NCBI RefSeq assembly: GCF_000195755.1
Contig: NC_002937.3
Coordinates: 2,580,001-2,612,000, forward strand
DNA: 32,000 nucleotides
Reading direction: 5' to 3'
Source of the DNA: Nitratidesulfovibrio vulgaris str. Hildenborough
Lineage (GTDB): Bacteria; Desulfobacterota; Desulfovibrionia; Desulfovibrionales; Desulfovibrionaceae
Part shown: in pieces, positions 9,885-18,212 of the stretch
Layout of the letters: every line of letters starts with the position of its first letter
Numbering within the stretch: position 1 is the stretch's first letter
The notes under the pieces: model-generated
What the model was told of the DNA's origin: nothing
The model's database searches: none
The model's input: only the letters and a program-made list of their open reading frames with translations
Made by a program: the position numbers and the translations under genes

Positions 9885-10063
9885 GTATGCCTCCCTGATG
9901 TGACGCCTCGACACTCTCCGCATTCCCTGCGGGAGGCTGCCGAGGGGGCGCACGCCGGAGACATCGTCTCCGGCGCGACCGCTCCACTTCTTGCCGCGTA
10001 CACCGCCCCCGCAAGGGGTCGGTATCGCGCCATGCATGCATCAAGTCTTCTGATGGCGCGCCA

Positions 10064-13000
10064 CTAGGCCTTGCGCAGGTTGACCATGAAGACCTTGGTC
10101 TCGGGAATGCCAGTGTTGGGGTCGCCCACCGAAGGCGAGAGCAGGTTGGCAGAGTCGCCCTTGCCCACATGCTGCCCCCAGCCGAACTGCCACGGTATGC
10201 CCACCTCGTGCATGACCTCGCCCATGACCTTGAAGGGCTTGAGACGTGGCGTGACGATGGCGACCACCTGCACCTTGCCCCGCAGCGATTCGAGCACCAC
10301 GGCGTCGCCGTTGGCGATGCCGAGTTCCTTGGCCAGTTCGCGGCTTATCTCGCAGAAGCCCTCCGGCTGCATCTCCTTGAGCCACCCGGTGTTGCGGGTC
10401 ATCGTGCCCGACTGCCACTGTTCGGTGACGCGGTAGGTAGTGCAGATGAAGGGGTAGCGCTTGTCGCGCACCGCCTTGGGTTCGTGGCTGAACGCCAGCG
10501 CAGTGGGGTTGACCCGCTGCTTCGAGAAGGGATGGCTTTCGAGAGGACTCTCGAACGGTTCGTAGTGCTCCGGGAAAGGCCCGTCGACCCTGCCGGGGCC
10601 GAACAACTGACCGCGCCCCTCGCGTATCATGATGAAGGGCAACTTCTCTCCGGGCTTCCAGCCGCCGTCAGGCACGTCGCCCACCCACTTCTCGCCGTTC
10701 CATGCGATGACGGCACGCTTGGGGTCGAAGGGCTTGCCGGTCATGTCCACCGCCGCACGGTTGTACAGGATGCGACGGTTGGCGGGCCATGCATACGACC
10801 AGTTGGGGAACAGCCCTATGGCGGCCTGTTCCGGGGTCTGCGTACGGTCTCGGCGCGCCATCATGTTACCGGCGTCGGTATAGCACCCGGTGAATATCCA
10901 ACACCCGGACGTCGTCGAACCGTCGGCCTGCAACATGGCGAAGCCGGGTACCTGCTGCCCCGCCTTGTAGGTCTTGTCGCCTATGGTCACGTCCGTGAGG
11001 AACTTGCCGTTCAGCGTCTTCGCCACCTTGTGGTGATCGTACTTGCCGTCGGTACGGTAGTCGGTGTCCAGCGCCAGCACGGGTTCGGGGAAGGCTCCCT
11101 TCTCCTCGCGGTAGAGTTTGCGTATCTCGTCATAGAGGTCGAGGACGATGTCACCGTCCGAACGGCTGTCGCCCATGGGTTTCGGCCCCGGTTCACGCCA
11201 TTGCAGCCAGCGACCGGAATTGGCGATGGAACCGCCCTTCTCGACGCTCATGCACGCAGGCAGGAAGAACACCTCGGTCTTGACCTTGGCGGGGTCTACC
11301 CCCGGCCCCTTCCAGAAGAGCGAACTTTCGTTCTCGAAGAGGTTGACCACCACCATCCAGTCCAGCGTCTCCATAGCCTTGCGGTTCTTGCCCGCGTTGG
11401 CCCCGCCCGCACAGGGGTTCTGCCCCCACACGAAGGCACCCTTGAAGCCGCCCTTGCTCATGCGCTCGAATATCTGCAACCACGAGTAGTCGGTTATCTT
11501 CCCGTCATCGACCTTGGGGTGCCAGAGGTAGCCGTCCTGATGGCTGGCCGTGGGATACACCGACTTCATGTACGAGGCGAGATACTTGCCGCGGTTCGAC
11601 CACCAGTTGGCGCTCTTCGGGTCCTTGTCCACCGGCGTCGTGCCCTTCACATAGTCGTCGAAGGTGGCCCACGAGGCCTTGGGGGTGGGCAGGTAGCCGG
11701 AGAGGTTGTCGCACAGCAGCGAGATGTCGGTGGTGCCCTGCACGTTGGATTCGCCGCGCAGCGCGTTGACCCCGCCCCCTGCGATGCCGATGTTGCCCAG
11801 CAGCAGCTGTATCATCGAAAGCGCACGGATGTTCTGTACGCCCACGGTGTGCTGGCACTGCCCCATGGCATAGAGGATGGTTCCCGCCCTGTCGGGCTTG
11901 CCCGTCGAGGCGAAGGTACTCCACAGCGTCGCCAGCTGCTCTTCGGAGATGCCCGTCACGTCGGAGACGGTCTTCCTGTCATAGCGGGCGTAGTGGGCCT
12001 TCATGAGTTGAAAGACGCAGCGCGGGTCGTTCAGCGTGGGGTCTTTCAGGGTCATGCCGTTCTCGTCGGCGGCGAAGGCCCATTTCTTGGTGTTGTAGGT
12101 TCCCTTCTCGGCGTCGAAGCCGGTGAAAAGACCATCGGCGAAACCGTAGTCCGCACCGACGATATACGAGGCGTTGGTGTAGTCGACCACGTACTGCCTG
12201 AAGAACAGGTCGTTCTCCATGATGTACCGGATGAGACCGCCGAAGAAGGCGATGTCCGTGCCCGACCTGATGTGGGCGTGGATGTCGGCCTTGGCGGATG
12301 TGCGCGTGAAGCGCGGGTCCACATGGATGAGCGTTGCACCGCGTTCCTGCGCGCGCGTCACCCACTTGAAGGATATGGGATGGTTCTCGGCGGCGTTACT
12401 CCCCATGATGAGAATGACGTCGCTGTTCTTGAGGTCGATCCAGTGATTCGTCATCGCACCGCGTCCGTAGGACTCTGCCAGAGCCCCCACAGTCGAGCTG
12501 TGTCAGATACGTGCGTGACTCTCGATGTACACGAGGCCGAGCGCGCGCATCATGGCTTGCATGAGCCAGCCCTCCTCGTTGTCGACGGCGGCCGAGCCCA
12601 CCGAGGCTATGCCCCGGGTGCGGTTGACGGTCTGCCCCTTGTCATTGGTGAGTTCGAAGGTGGCGTCGCGCGTCTCCTTGATCTTGCGGGCGATGCGCGG
12701 CAGGGCCCAGTCCCACGACTTCTCCTCCCACGCCGCGGCACCGGGTGCACGGTACAGCACCTTGGTGACACGCTTGCTGCGTTCGGTGGTCTGCCAGATG
12801 GACGCACCCTTGGGGCACAGCGTCCCTTCGTTGGTGGGATGGTCGGGGTCGCCCTCGATGTTGATGGAGCGTCCGGTCTGGGTGTCGGTGTAGACCAGCA
12901 ACCCGCATCCCACCGCACAGAAGCAGCAGACAGAGGGTGTGACCTTCGCCTTGGCGATCTTGAGTTCCGCAGCCCGCGCCACCGTGGGCGCGAGGCTCTG

Positions 13001-13075
13001 CCCCAGCCCGGCGAAGGCGAGAGCGCCTGCGGAAGCCGAAGCGAGCTTGATGAACGTTCTGCGAGGCATTCGCAT
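10064..13075 (-). CDS. fdhA: Periplasmic formate dehydrogenase catalytic (alpha) subunit, selenocysteine-containing, Tat-exported
   Basis: Two track ORFs (12503-13168 and 10064-12490) are in the same frame and are joined by the TGA at 12503-12505, read as ..IESHARI-U-HSSTVGALAE.. (the Sec-His active-site context of Mo/W formate dehydrogenases). Twin-arginine signal MRMPRRTFIKLASASAGALAFAG. CCFCAVGCGL...CPKG Fe-S motif. SD GAGGGGAG lies before the ATG at 13075. 1003 codons in total. Confidence 0.9.
12469..12505 (-). other. In-frame UGA (Sec) codon with candidate SECIS structure
   Basis: mRNA reads UGA CACAG-CUCGA-CUGUG (5-bp hairpin at 12488-12502) followed by GGGCUCU-GGC-AGAGUCC (7-bp stem with one G.U pair, 12469-12485). 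The G-containing apical loop sits about 25 nt after the UGA, inside the distance range usual for bacterial SECIS elements. Confidence 0.55.
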
Positions 13076-13091
13076 GATGTGTCTCCCCTCT

Positions 13092-14837
13092 CTACTGATT
13101 GTTGCCCGGAGTGTGACAGTCGCGACAGCCGACGGGACCGGCGGCCTTGCCCTTTTCACGCAGCGCAAGGTGGCATGTCATGCACCCGCGTTCCTTGCCA
13201 TGGAAGGCGTTGCGGAAGTAGCCCACTTCGCCCAGACCCTCGATGGTGTCGGGACGGGGCCTGTCATGGCAGCCCTTGGTGGCGCAGGTCTGCTTGCCCT
13301 CCTGATAGCCCTTGTGGTGACAGGTTCCGCAATCCATCGAACCGTGGGTGTCATGAGGGAAGAGCACGGCGGGCTTGGTGAGTACCGTACCTGCGGGCAG
13401 GGTGATGGGAATGGTCTTGCGGATGACCACGGGATGGTGCGCCGAAGCCTCCATGGGCAATGGCTCACGGTGGCAGACGCTGCAGTTGTTGCCGCCGCCC
13501 ATGACCTTGGCGTGCTGCTGGTACTGGATGGGCGGCATGTTATCGAGGTCGCGGCCGAAGGGATTCTCGGCGGGATATTCGGCGTGTGCCGCACCGTGGC
13601 ATGTCGGACAACGCAGGTTGCCCATGTCGTCGGCGCGGGCCGAGAAGCGGTCCTTCTCCGAAGCCGTCCACTTGTTGAATGCCGATGCCGTGGCCGTGGC
13701 AGGCTTCTGGGCGAAATCATGGCAGCCGGTGCAGTCGGGTTCCATGGCCCACGGCGCACGCGGGTTGATGTCATCGACCGCGGACACGGCGCGGGGCTTG
13801 AGTTCCCTTGCGAGACGTGCCGCACTCTTGCGTCCAGCCTTCTCCTCCCAGCGCAGCAGGGAGAGGGCGTGGTCTTCCATGGCACCATGGCAACGCGTGC
13901 AGTCCAGTGCCTTGGCCTTGTGCAGCCCGCGCATGAAGCGCGTGGCGCCTTGCGGCGAAGAAGGATGGCAGCTTGCACATGTCTCGGCGCCGCCGTCGGT
14001 CATGTAGTTGGCATGCCAGCCGTGCAGGGCCGCCGAAAGGCTGGGGGCCGGGGCCTCGGGTGCCCCGCTGTGGCACGAACGGCACTCCACAGGGGCCTTG
14101 GCAGCCTGCGCGACGAGGTCGGTACCGTTGATGCGGTCATGGACGGTGAGCACGTCATCGGCCGTCGCCGGGGAGATTCCGGCCAGCCCGTCGCGCTTCC
14201 AGGCGCCGCCATGACAGTTGCGACACCCCACCTCCGTGGAGACGGGCAACACGGCGGCGGTACGGGCAAGAAGCCTGCCTTCGTCGTCGTGGGCCTCAAC
14301 GGTGACCGTCGGGTAGGCATTGAACCCGCCGGAAGCGCGATAGGGCATGATGCCGATGCCGTCGGCGGCGAACGTGCTGCCCCCCTGCTCCAGTTTCATC
14401 TCGCCTGCTGCACCGGAGACGGGTGCACCTTCAAGGGTGGCGTGTTCGCGTTCGACACGCCACGTGATGCGTACGCCCTCTGTCACCGGCGCGGGGCCGG
14501 GCCCGCGGCGCACGAGTTGCGCCCGCAATGCCGCCTCGGGGGGCAGCATCGTCCACCGGGGTTCGGCGTCCGTCACCATCTGCATACCCTGCGTACTCCA
14601 CGCCAGCAGTATGTAGTCGGCCCTGTCCGCATCGAAGGGCGGTATCGACGTGACGGGCATATACGGAGACGGGGCCGCTGCCGATGCCGCTGGGGCCTTG
14701 GCCGCAGGCGTCTCGCCCGTCGTCCGTGCCGGGCGCTCCAGCCCGCCCGCGGCGAAGATGCCGAGCAGGGCGACGACGGCGACAAGCCATGCGAAATAGT
14801 AGAAGGCGGTGAGTCTTGGCGACTGCTTGGATGGCAT
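13092..14837 (-). CDS. Membrane-anchored multiheme cytochrome c (11 heme sites) with a C-terminal cytochrome c3-like tetraheme domain
   Basis: 581 aa with SD GAGGAG 7 nt before the ATG. N-terminal hydrophobic helix LTAFYYFAWLVAVVALLGIFAAGG. Ten CxxCH motifs (CRNCH, CRSCH, CASCH, CTRCH, CTGCH, CPTCH, CSVCH, CGTCH, CMTCH, CRDCH) plus one CxxxxCH (CATKGCH). The last four sites sit within about 90 aa, as in class III cytochrome c3. The stop is 16 nt before the fdhA start. Confidence 0.85.
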   Translation of the reverse strand: MPSKQSPRLTAFYYFAWLVAVVALLGIFAAGGLERPARTTGETPAAKAPAASAAAPSPYMPVTSIPPFDADRADYILLAWSTQGMQMVTDAEPRWTMLPPEAALRAQLVRRGPGPAPVTEGVRITWRVEREHATLEGAPVSGAAGEMKLEQGGSTFAADGIGIMPYRASGGFNAYPTVTVEAHDDEGRLLARTAAVLPVSTEVGCRNCHGGAWKRDGLAGISPATADDVLTVHDRINGTDLVAQAAKAPVECRSCHSGAPEAPAPSLSAALHGWHANYMTDGGAETCASCHPSSPQGATRFMRGLHKAKALDCTRCHGAMEDHALSLLRWEEKAGRKSAARLARELKPRAVSAVDDINPRAPWAMEPDCTGCHDFAQKPATATASAFNKWTASEKDRFSARADDMGNLRCPTCHGAAHAEYPAENPFGRDLDNMPPIQYQQHAKVMGGGNNCSVCHREPLPMEASAHHPVVIRKTIPITLPAGTVLTKPAVLFPHDTHGSMDCGTCHHKGYQEGKQTCATKGCHDRPRPDTIEGLGEVGYFRNAFHGKERGCMTCHLALREKGKAAGPVGCRDCHTPGNNQ

Positions 14838-14863
14838 GAATCTACTCCTCTTTCATGCGGGGG

Positions 14864-16156
14864 CTAATGACGCCGTGCGTCGCGCTCGTTGACGAGGTAG
14901 GTGGCGAGGGCCCTCCGTTCTGCGGGGGTTCCCACGAACGGCGGCATGTAGCCCTGTAACGCTCCCTGCCCGGTGATCAACGCCTCGACCCCGGTGAGTG
15001 GCCTGTTCGCGATGCGGGGCAGGATGTCGATCATGGGGGCTCCGAGGCCGTGGCAGTTGGCGCACTGCACCTGCCACAGTTCGCGTCCTGCCTCATGCAT
15101 GTTCGCTTCGGCAACCTGCTTGACGCCAGACCACCGCGCGACCTTCAGCATCCCTTCGAGGTCGGACTTGGCACCGGCTTCGGGCGTGATGCCGTTGGAC
15201 CAGATGACACCGTGGACAATCCACGGGCGTCTGCCCGTCTCGCGCACCCACTCGAAGGTTCCGACCTGACACAGGCCGAGCACCAGCAGCAGCGCAGCCA
15301 CAGGCACGCGCGCCCCGGAGGGAAGCCGCGTGAAGAAGGCCAGCCCGCCCACCATGAGGGCAGCCAGTACCCACGGGAAGGCTTCGAGGAAGGGCCGGAT
15401 GTCGGCGGTTCGCCGCAGCACCATCTCGAGTTGCGGTGCAGGCAGCGCCCCGAGGTACCACCATGCGCCAACGGCCATGAAGGGAATGGGGACGAGTGCC
15501 CACAGCCGCGTCACGCCCGTCATGAGTTCCCGTGCGCGCTCGTCGTCGATGAGCGAGGCCCACACAAGGCCGAACAGCCCCGAGAGCATGGCGCACAGGG
15601 CACTGCGGAAGAGCAGCGAGGGCCAGAAGGTGGGATTGAAGAAGCCGTCCCAGAAGCCCTGCGTCTGCATCCACGCACCGGGTGTGAGCATGAAGGTGAT
15701 GATGCCGTTGATCATGAACAGCGAGAGATACGCGAACAGGCCGTACAAGAGCCCCACATTGCGGTGGTCTTCGAAGCGCATCTTCCCGAAACCGTAGTAG
15801 TAGACGAGTAACGCCACTATCTCGCCGAGGAAGAACACCCATTCGGTGGCCCAGGCATAGACGAAACGATGCACCAGCAGGCTCGTGGCTGCCGGACTGA
15901 TGAGCGAGATGATGACCCAGATGCCCACGCCGGATACACCGCCGAACACCATGCTGAGCAGCAGGAAGAAACGGGTGAACCGTTTCACCCAGAACGTGGC
16001 TTCCGCCGACCCCGCGCGTTCTGCGCGCGTGGCGGCATGGACGAGCAGGAAACCGCCCCCCACTGCGAACTGGGCGACGAACACATGCAGAACGGAGATG
16101 ATGGCCACAAGCAGGCCACCGTTGATCCCCCAGAGTTGCCATACGGGATAGTCCAT
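14864..16156 (-). CDS. Polytopic membrane protein with cytochrome bd subunit I (CydA)-like motifs fused to a C-terminal monoheme cytochrome c domain
   Basis: 430 aa with about 8-9 hydrophobic helices. SVLHVFVAQFAVGGG in helix 1, FWVKRF, ATEWVFFLGE and PGAWMQTQ resemble the CydA blocks MYHFLFVP, KFWGKLF, AIEGLMAFFLE and NGWMQNP (recalled from memory). The C-terminal ~90 aa carry CANCHG and YMPPF (heme c plus candidate Met ligand). The start is 3 nt after the upstream stop. Confidence 0.8.
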   Translation of the reverse strand: MDYPVWQLWGINGGLLVAIISVLHVFVAQFAVGGGFLLVHAATRAERAGSAEATFWVKRFTRFFLLLSMVFGGVSGVGIWVIISLISPAATSLLVHRFVYAWATEWVFFLGEIVALLVYYYGFGKMRFEDHRNVGLLYGLFAYLSLFMINGIITFMLTPGAWMQTQGFWDGFFNPTFWPSLLFRSALCAMLSGLFGLVWASLIDDERARELMTGVTRLWALVPIPFMAVGAWWYLGALPAPQLEMVLRRTADIRPFLEAFPWVLAALMVGGLAFFTRLPSGARVPVAALLLVLGLCQVGTFEWVRETGRRPWIVHGVIWSNGITPEAGAKSDLEGMLKVARWSGVKQVAEANMHEAGRELWQVQCANCHGLGAPMIDILPRIANRPLTGVEALITGQGALQGYMPPFVGTPAERRALATYLVNERDARRH

Positions 16157-16159
16157 GTG

Positions 16160-17224
16160 CTAGGCCCCCTTTCGACTGCTGCGCATGAGGCGGAGCATCC
16201 AGATGATGGCGGCGACACCGCAGACCGCAGACGCGAGAAAAAGCACCAGCGGTGAGGTTTCGACGAAGTTCACGGGTTGGGGTTGCGCCCATGGGGCAAG
16301 ATACCCCTCACGCAATGAGGCGCGCATCACCGCCATGACGGTGACCGTGCCGACGGCTGCCCCCACGGCGAGGGCCACGCTACGCGCGCGGGCCGCCAGC
16401 AGGGCAAGGGCCGTTCCGATCAGACCGAGGATGAAGGCCGCAGTCGCGAGAGTGTCCCCCCCCATGAAGCGCAGCATCAGGTCGCGGGGCAATGCCATGA
16501 GGAACCAGATGCCCAGGGCTATCTGCGCATACGTGGCATGGCTGAACCAGCGCAGCCCCGTCTCGATGCCCTCCGCCGCGTCAGGTGCCCCCCACGAGGC
16601 GCGTCGCACATGGAAGAGCGAAAGCGCCAGACCGCCGATGGCGATGGATCCCACGAGCATGTGCAGCCAGCGCGGTATCAGTGTCGGGTCGCCGAGGTTC
16701 AAAAGCGCGCCGTCACGCCGCTCGAACCATGCCAGCCAGCGTTCCGGCTGGAGCATGAGCGTCATGTTGTTGCTGAAGACGAACGACGTGGCCACCAGAA
16801 GCAGGAGCGCCAGAACGATGACGGCGATGCGCCGCGTGCCCAGTTCGTCGTGATTGATGGCGAAGATGTACAGGCCGTAGTAGGCGAGCATCACCAGACC
16901 GACGATGCCGAGCCACCAGAGCGCCATGATGACGGAACTCGTGTAGAAGAAGTTGCCATAGAGCACCTGCACGAAGAGCAGTGGCGGCACGCCGAGGTTG
17001 ATGGCAAGCGCCAGTGCAGTGGGCAGGCGGGTGGCGAAGTCGCGCACCGGCCCCTGTTCGGACGCAGGTTTGCGCAACGCGTGCACCGCCACGATGACCG
17101 TGCCGCCAAGAACCGTGTTCATGAGCAGCAGATGCAGGACGAAGGTCAGCAGAAGCAGGATTTCGAACCACCACGCCGGGCCGGGCATGGCGTCAGCCAA
17201 CGGGATGAGAGAGGCGGGTTCCAT
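16160..17224 (-). CDS. Polytopic membrane protein, paralog of the N-terminal part of the downstream CydA-like protein
   Basis: 354 aa with about 9 helices. SD GAGGA 6 nt before the ATG at 17224. Helix 1 FVLHLLLMNTVLGGTVIVAVHA aligns with SVLHVFVAQFAVGGGFLLVHA of the next gene. Further shared blocks: N..T.ML.P..W and PT..P. Confidence 0.75.
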   Translation of the reverse strand: MEPASLIPLADAMPGPAWWFEILLLLTFVLHLLLMNTVLGGTVIVAVHALRKPASEQGPVRDFATRLPTALALAINLGVPPLLFVQVLYGNFFYTSSVIMALWWLGIVGLVMLAYYGLYIFAINHDELGTRRIAVIVLALLLLVATSFVFSNNMTLMLQPERWLAWFERRDGALLNLGDPTLIPRWLHMLVGSIAIGGLALSLFHVRRASWGAPDAAEGIETGLRWFSHATYAQIALGIWFLMALPRDLMLRFMGGDTLATAAFILGLIGTALALLAARARSVALAVGAAVGTVTVMAVMRASLREGYLAPWAQPQPVNFVETSPLVLFLASAVCGVAAIIWMLRLMRSSRKGA

Positions 17225-17277
17225 GGTGCGTCCTCGCAGGAAATACGGAAGGGGAAGGCATTAACCGATACTTGTTA

Positions 17278-17306
17278 TTTCTAGCCTAGAATAATCCCCG
17301 TGGCAA
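17278..17306 (-). promoter_or_regulatory. Candidate sigma70-type promoter of the formate dehydrogenase operon
   Basis: On the minus strand: TTGCCA (17306-17301), 17-nt spacer, TAGAAA (17283-17278). This would give a ~45-50 nt leader before the ATG at 17224. It overlaps an AT-rich near-palindrome. Prediction from sequence only. Confidence 0.3.
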
Positions 17307-17618
17307 CGCGAGGTGCGAAAAGAATCAACGGCACACCGCGTGTCCCAGTGGTGGCTTGCAATGCGCGCTCACGTGCAGGCTTCGCGGTGTCTACCGGCGA
17401 GCCTATCACGGCACGGTGCCATCGCCGCCACAGGGGGTACGAGGGAGAATGAAGGAGGAAGGGACGCAGACGGACAGAGTGCCCCCGCACAAGGGAACAC
17501 GGGAAAAACGTCGGGCGAGGGAGGGGCAGACAGCCGACATGTGCGCAGCGGTGCCGTACCCGGGCGACGCAACCCACTGCCGCAGGGGAAGGGGGCAGCC
17601 GCAGACAGGTCGTCGAGG

Positions 17619-18164
17619 CTACCGTGCGAAGCGGTCGTGCGTGATGCGGTAGAGGACGTGCGGTCTCAACGGGTGGTCGTCAGGCAGGCGGGGATGGTCG
17701 AAGGGGGACTCCAGCGTCATACCCAAACGCCGCATCACGCCTTGCGACCGGGTGTTGCTGACGGCGGTGAAGGCCACGACACTGGACAGGCCAAGTTGCC
17801 CGAAGGCGAAGGAGAGACTGGCGCGGGCCGCTTCGGTGGCATAACCGCACCCCCAATAGGGACGTGCCAGCCGCCAACCGACTTCGGTACAGGGAGAGAA
17901 GGGCAGGTCTTCGGGCTGATGCAGCCCCACGAAACCCATGAACGACTTGTCCTGTGTGCGCTCGACGGCCCAGAAGCCCCACCCTTGCCGTTCCATGAGC
18001 AGCACTATCCGGTCTGCCATCGCGTCGCTTTCCTCGCGCAAGAGTGGCGCGGGGAAATACCGCATGACTTCGGGGTCGGCGTTGAGCGCTGCGAAGGGCT
18101 GCCTGTCGGAGTCAAGCCACGGCCGCAGCACAAGCCGCGTCGTATGGAGCGTCACGGGTGTCAT
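17619..18164 (-). CDS. GNAT family N-acetyltransferase (RimJ/RimL-like)
   Basis: 181 aa. TTRLVLRPW...D...ALNADPEVMRYF N-terminus and GWRLARPYWGCGYATEAARASLSFAF acetyl-CoA-binding region, typical of Acetyltransf_3-type GNATs. Weak SD. Confidence 0.85.
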   Translation of the reverse strand: MTPVTLHTTRLVLRPWLDSDRQPFAALNADPEVMRYFPAPLLREESDAMADRIVLLMERQGWGFWAVERTQDKSFMGFVGLHQPEDLPFSPCTEVGWRLARPYWGCGYATEAARASLSFAFGQLGLSSVVAFTAVSNTRSQGVMRRLGMTLESPFDHPRLPDDHPLRPHVLYRITHDRFAR

Positions 18165-18212
18165 CGTGTGTCGGCCTGAGGTCTGCTCATGGGTCGCGCC
18201 CGCACGGGGCGG

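Noticed and set aside
10169-13381. 1070-aa plus-strand ORF, the longest in the track
   Set aside because: It is exactly antisense to the formate dehydrogenase alpha gene. The translation is Arg/Gly/His/Val/Pro-rich with no motif. This is a mirror ORF typical of high-GC coding DNA, and the opposite strand carries unmistakable FDH motifs.
12939-14867. 642-aa plus-strand ORF
   Set aside because: It is antisense to the multiheme cytochrome gene, whose eleven heme-binding motifs identify the true frame.
15093-16292. 399-aa minus-strand ORF in a second frame over the CydA-like genes (plus similar shadow ORFs at 15050-15811 and 16538-17284)
   Set aside because: These are alternate-frame or antisense shadows. 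Their translations are Arg/Pro/His-rich and not hydrophobic, whereas the chosen frames give clean transmembrane helices and tight gene junctions.
17356-17652. 98-aa plus-strand ORF with GGGAGA adjacent to an internal ATG in the GNAT/FDH intergenic region
   Set aside because: The SD-like sequence abuts the ATG with no spacer. The translation is Arg/Gly/Lys-rich and simply reflects the polypurine tract, so I interpret it as a compositional feature and not a gene.
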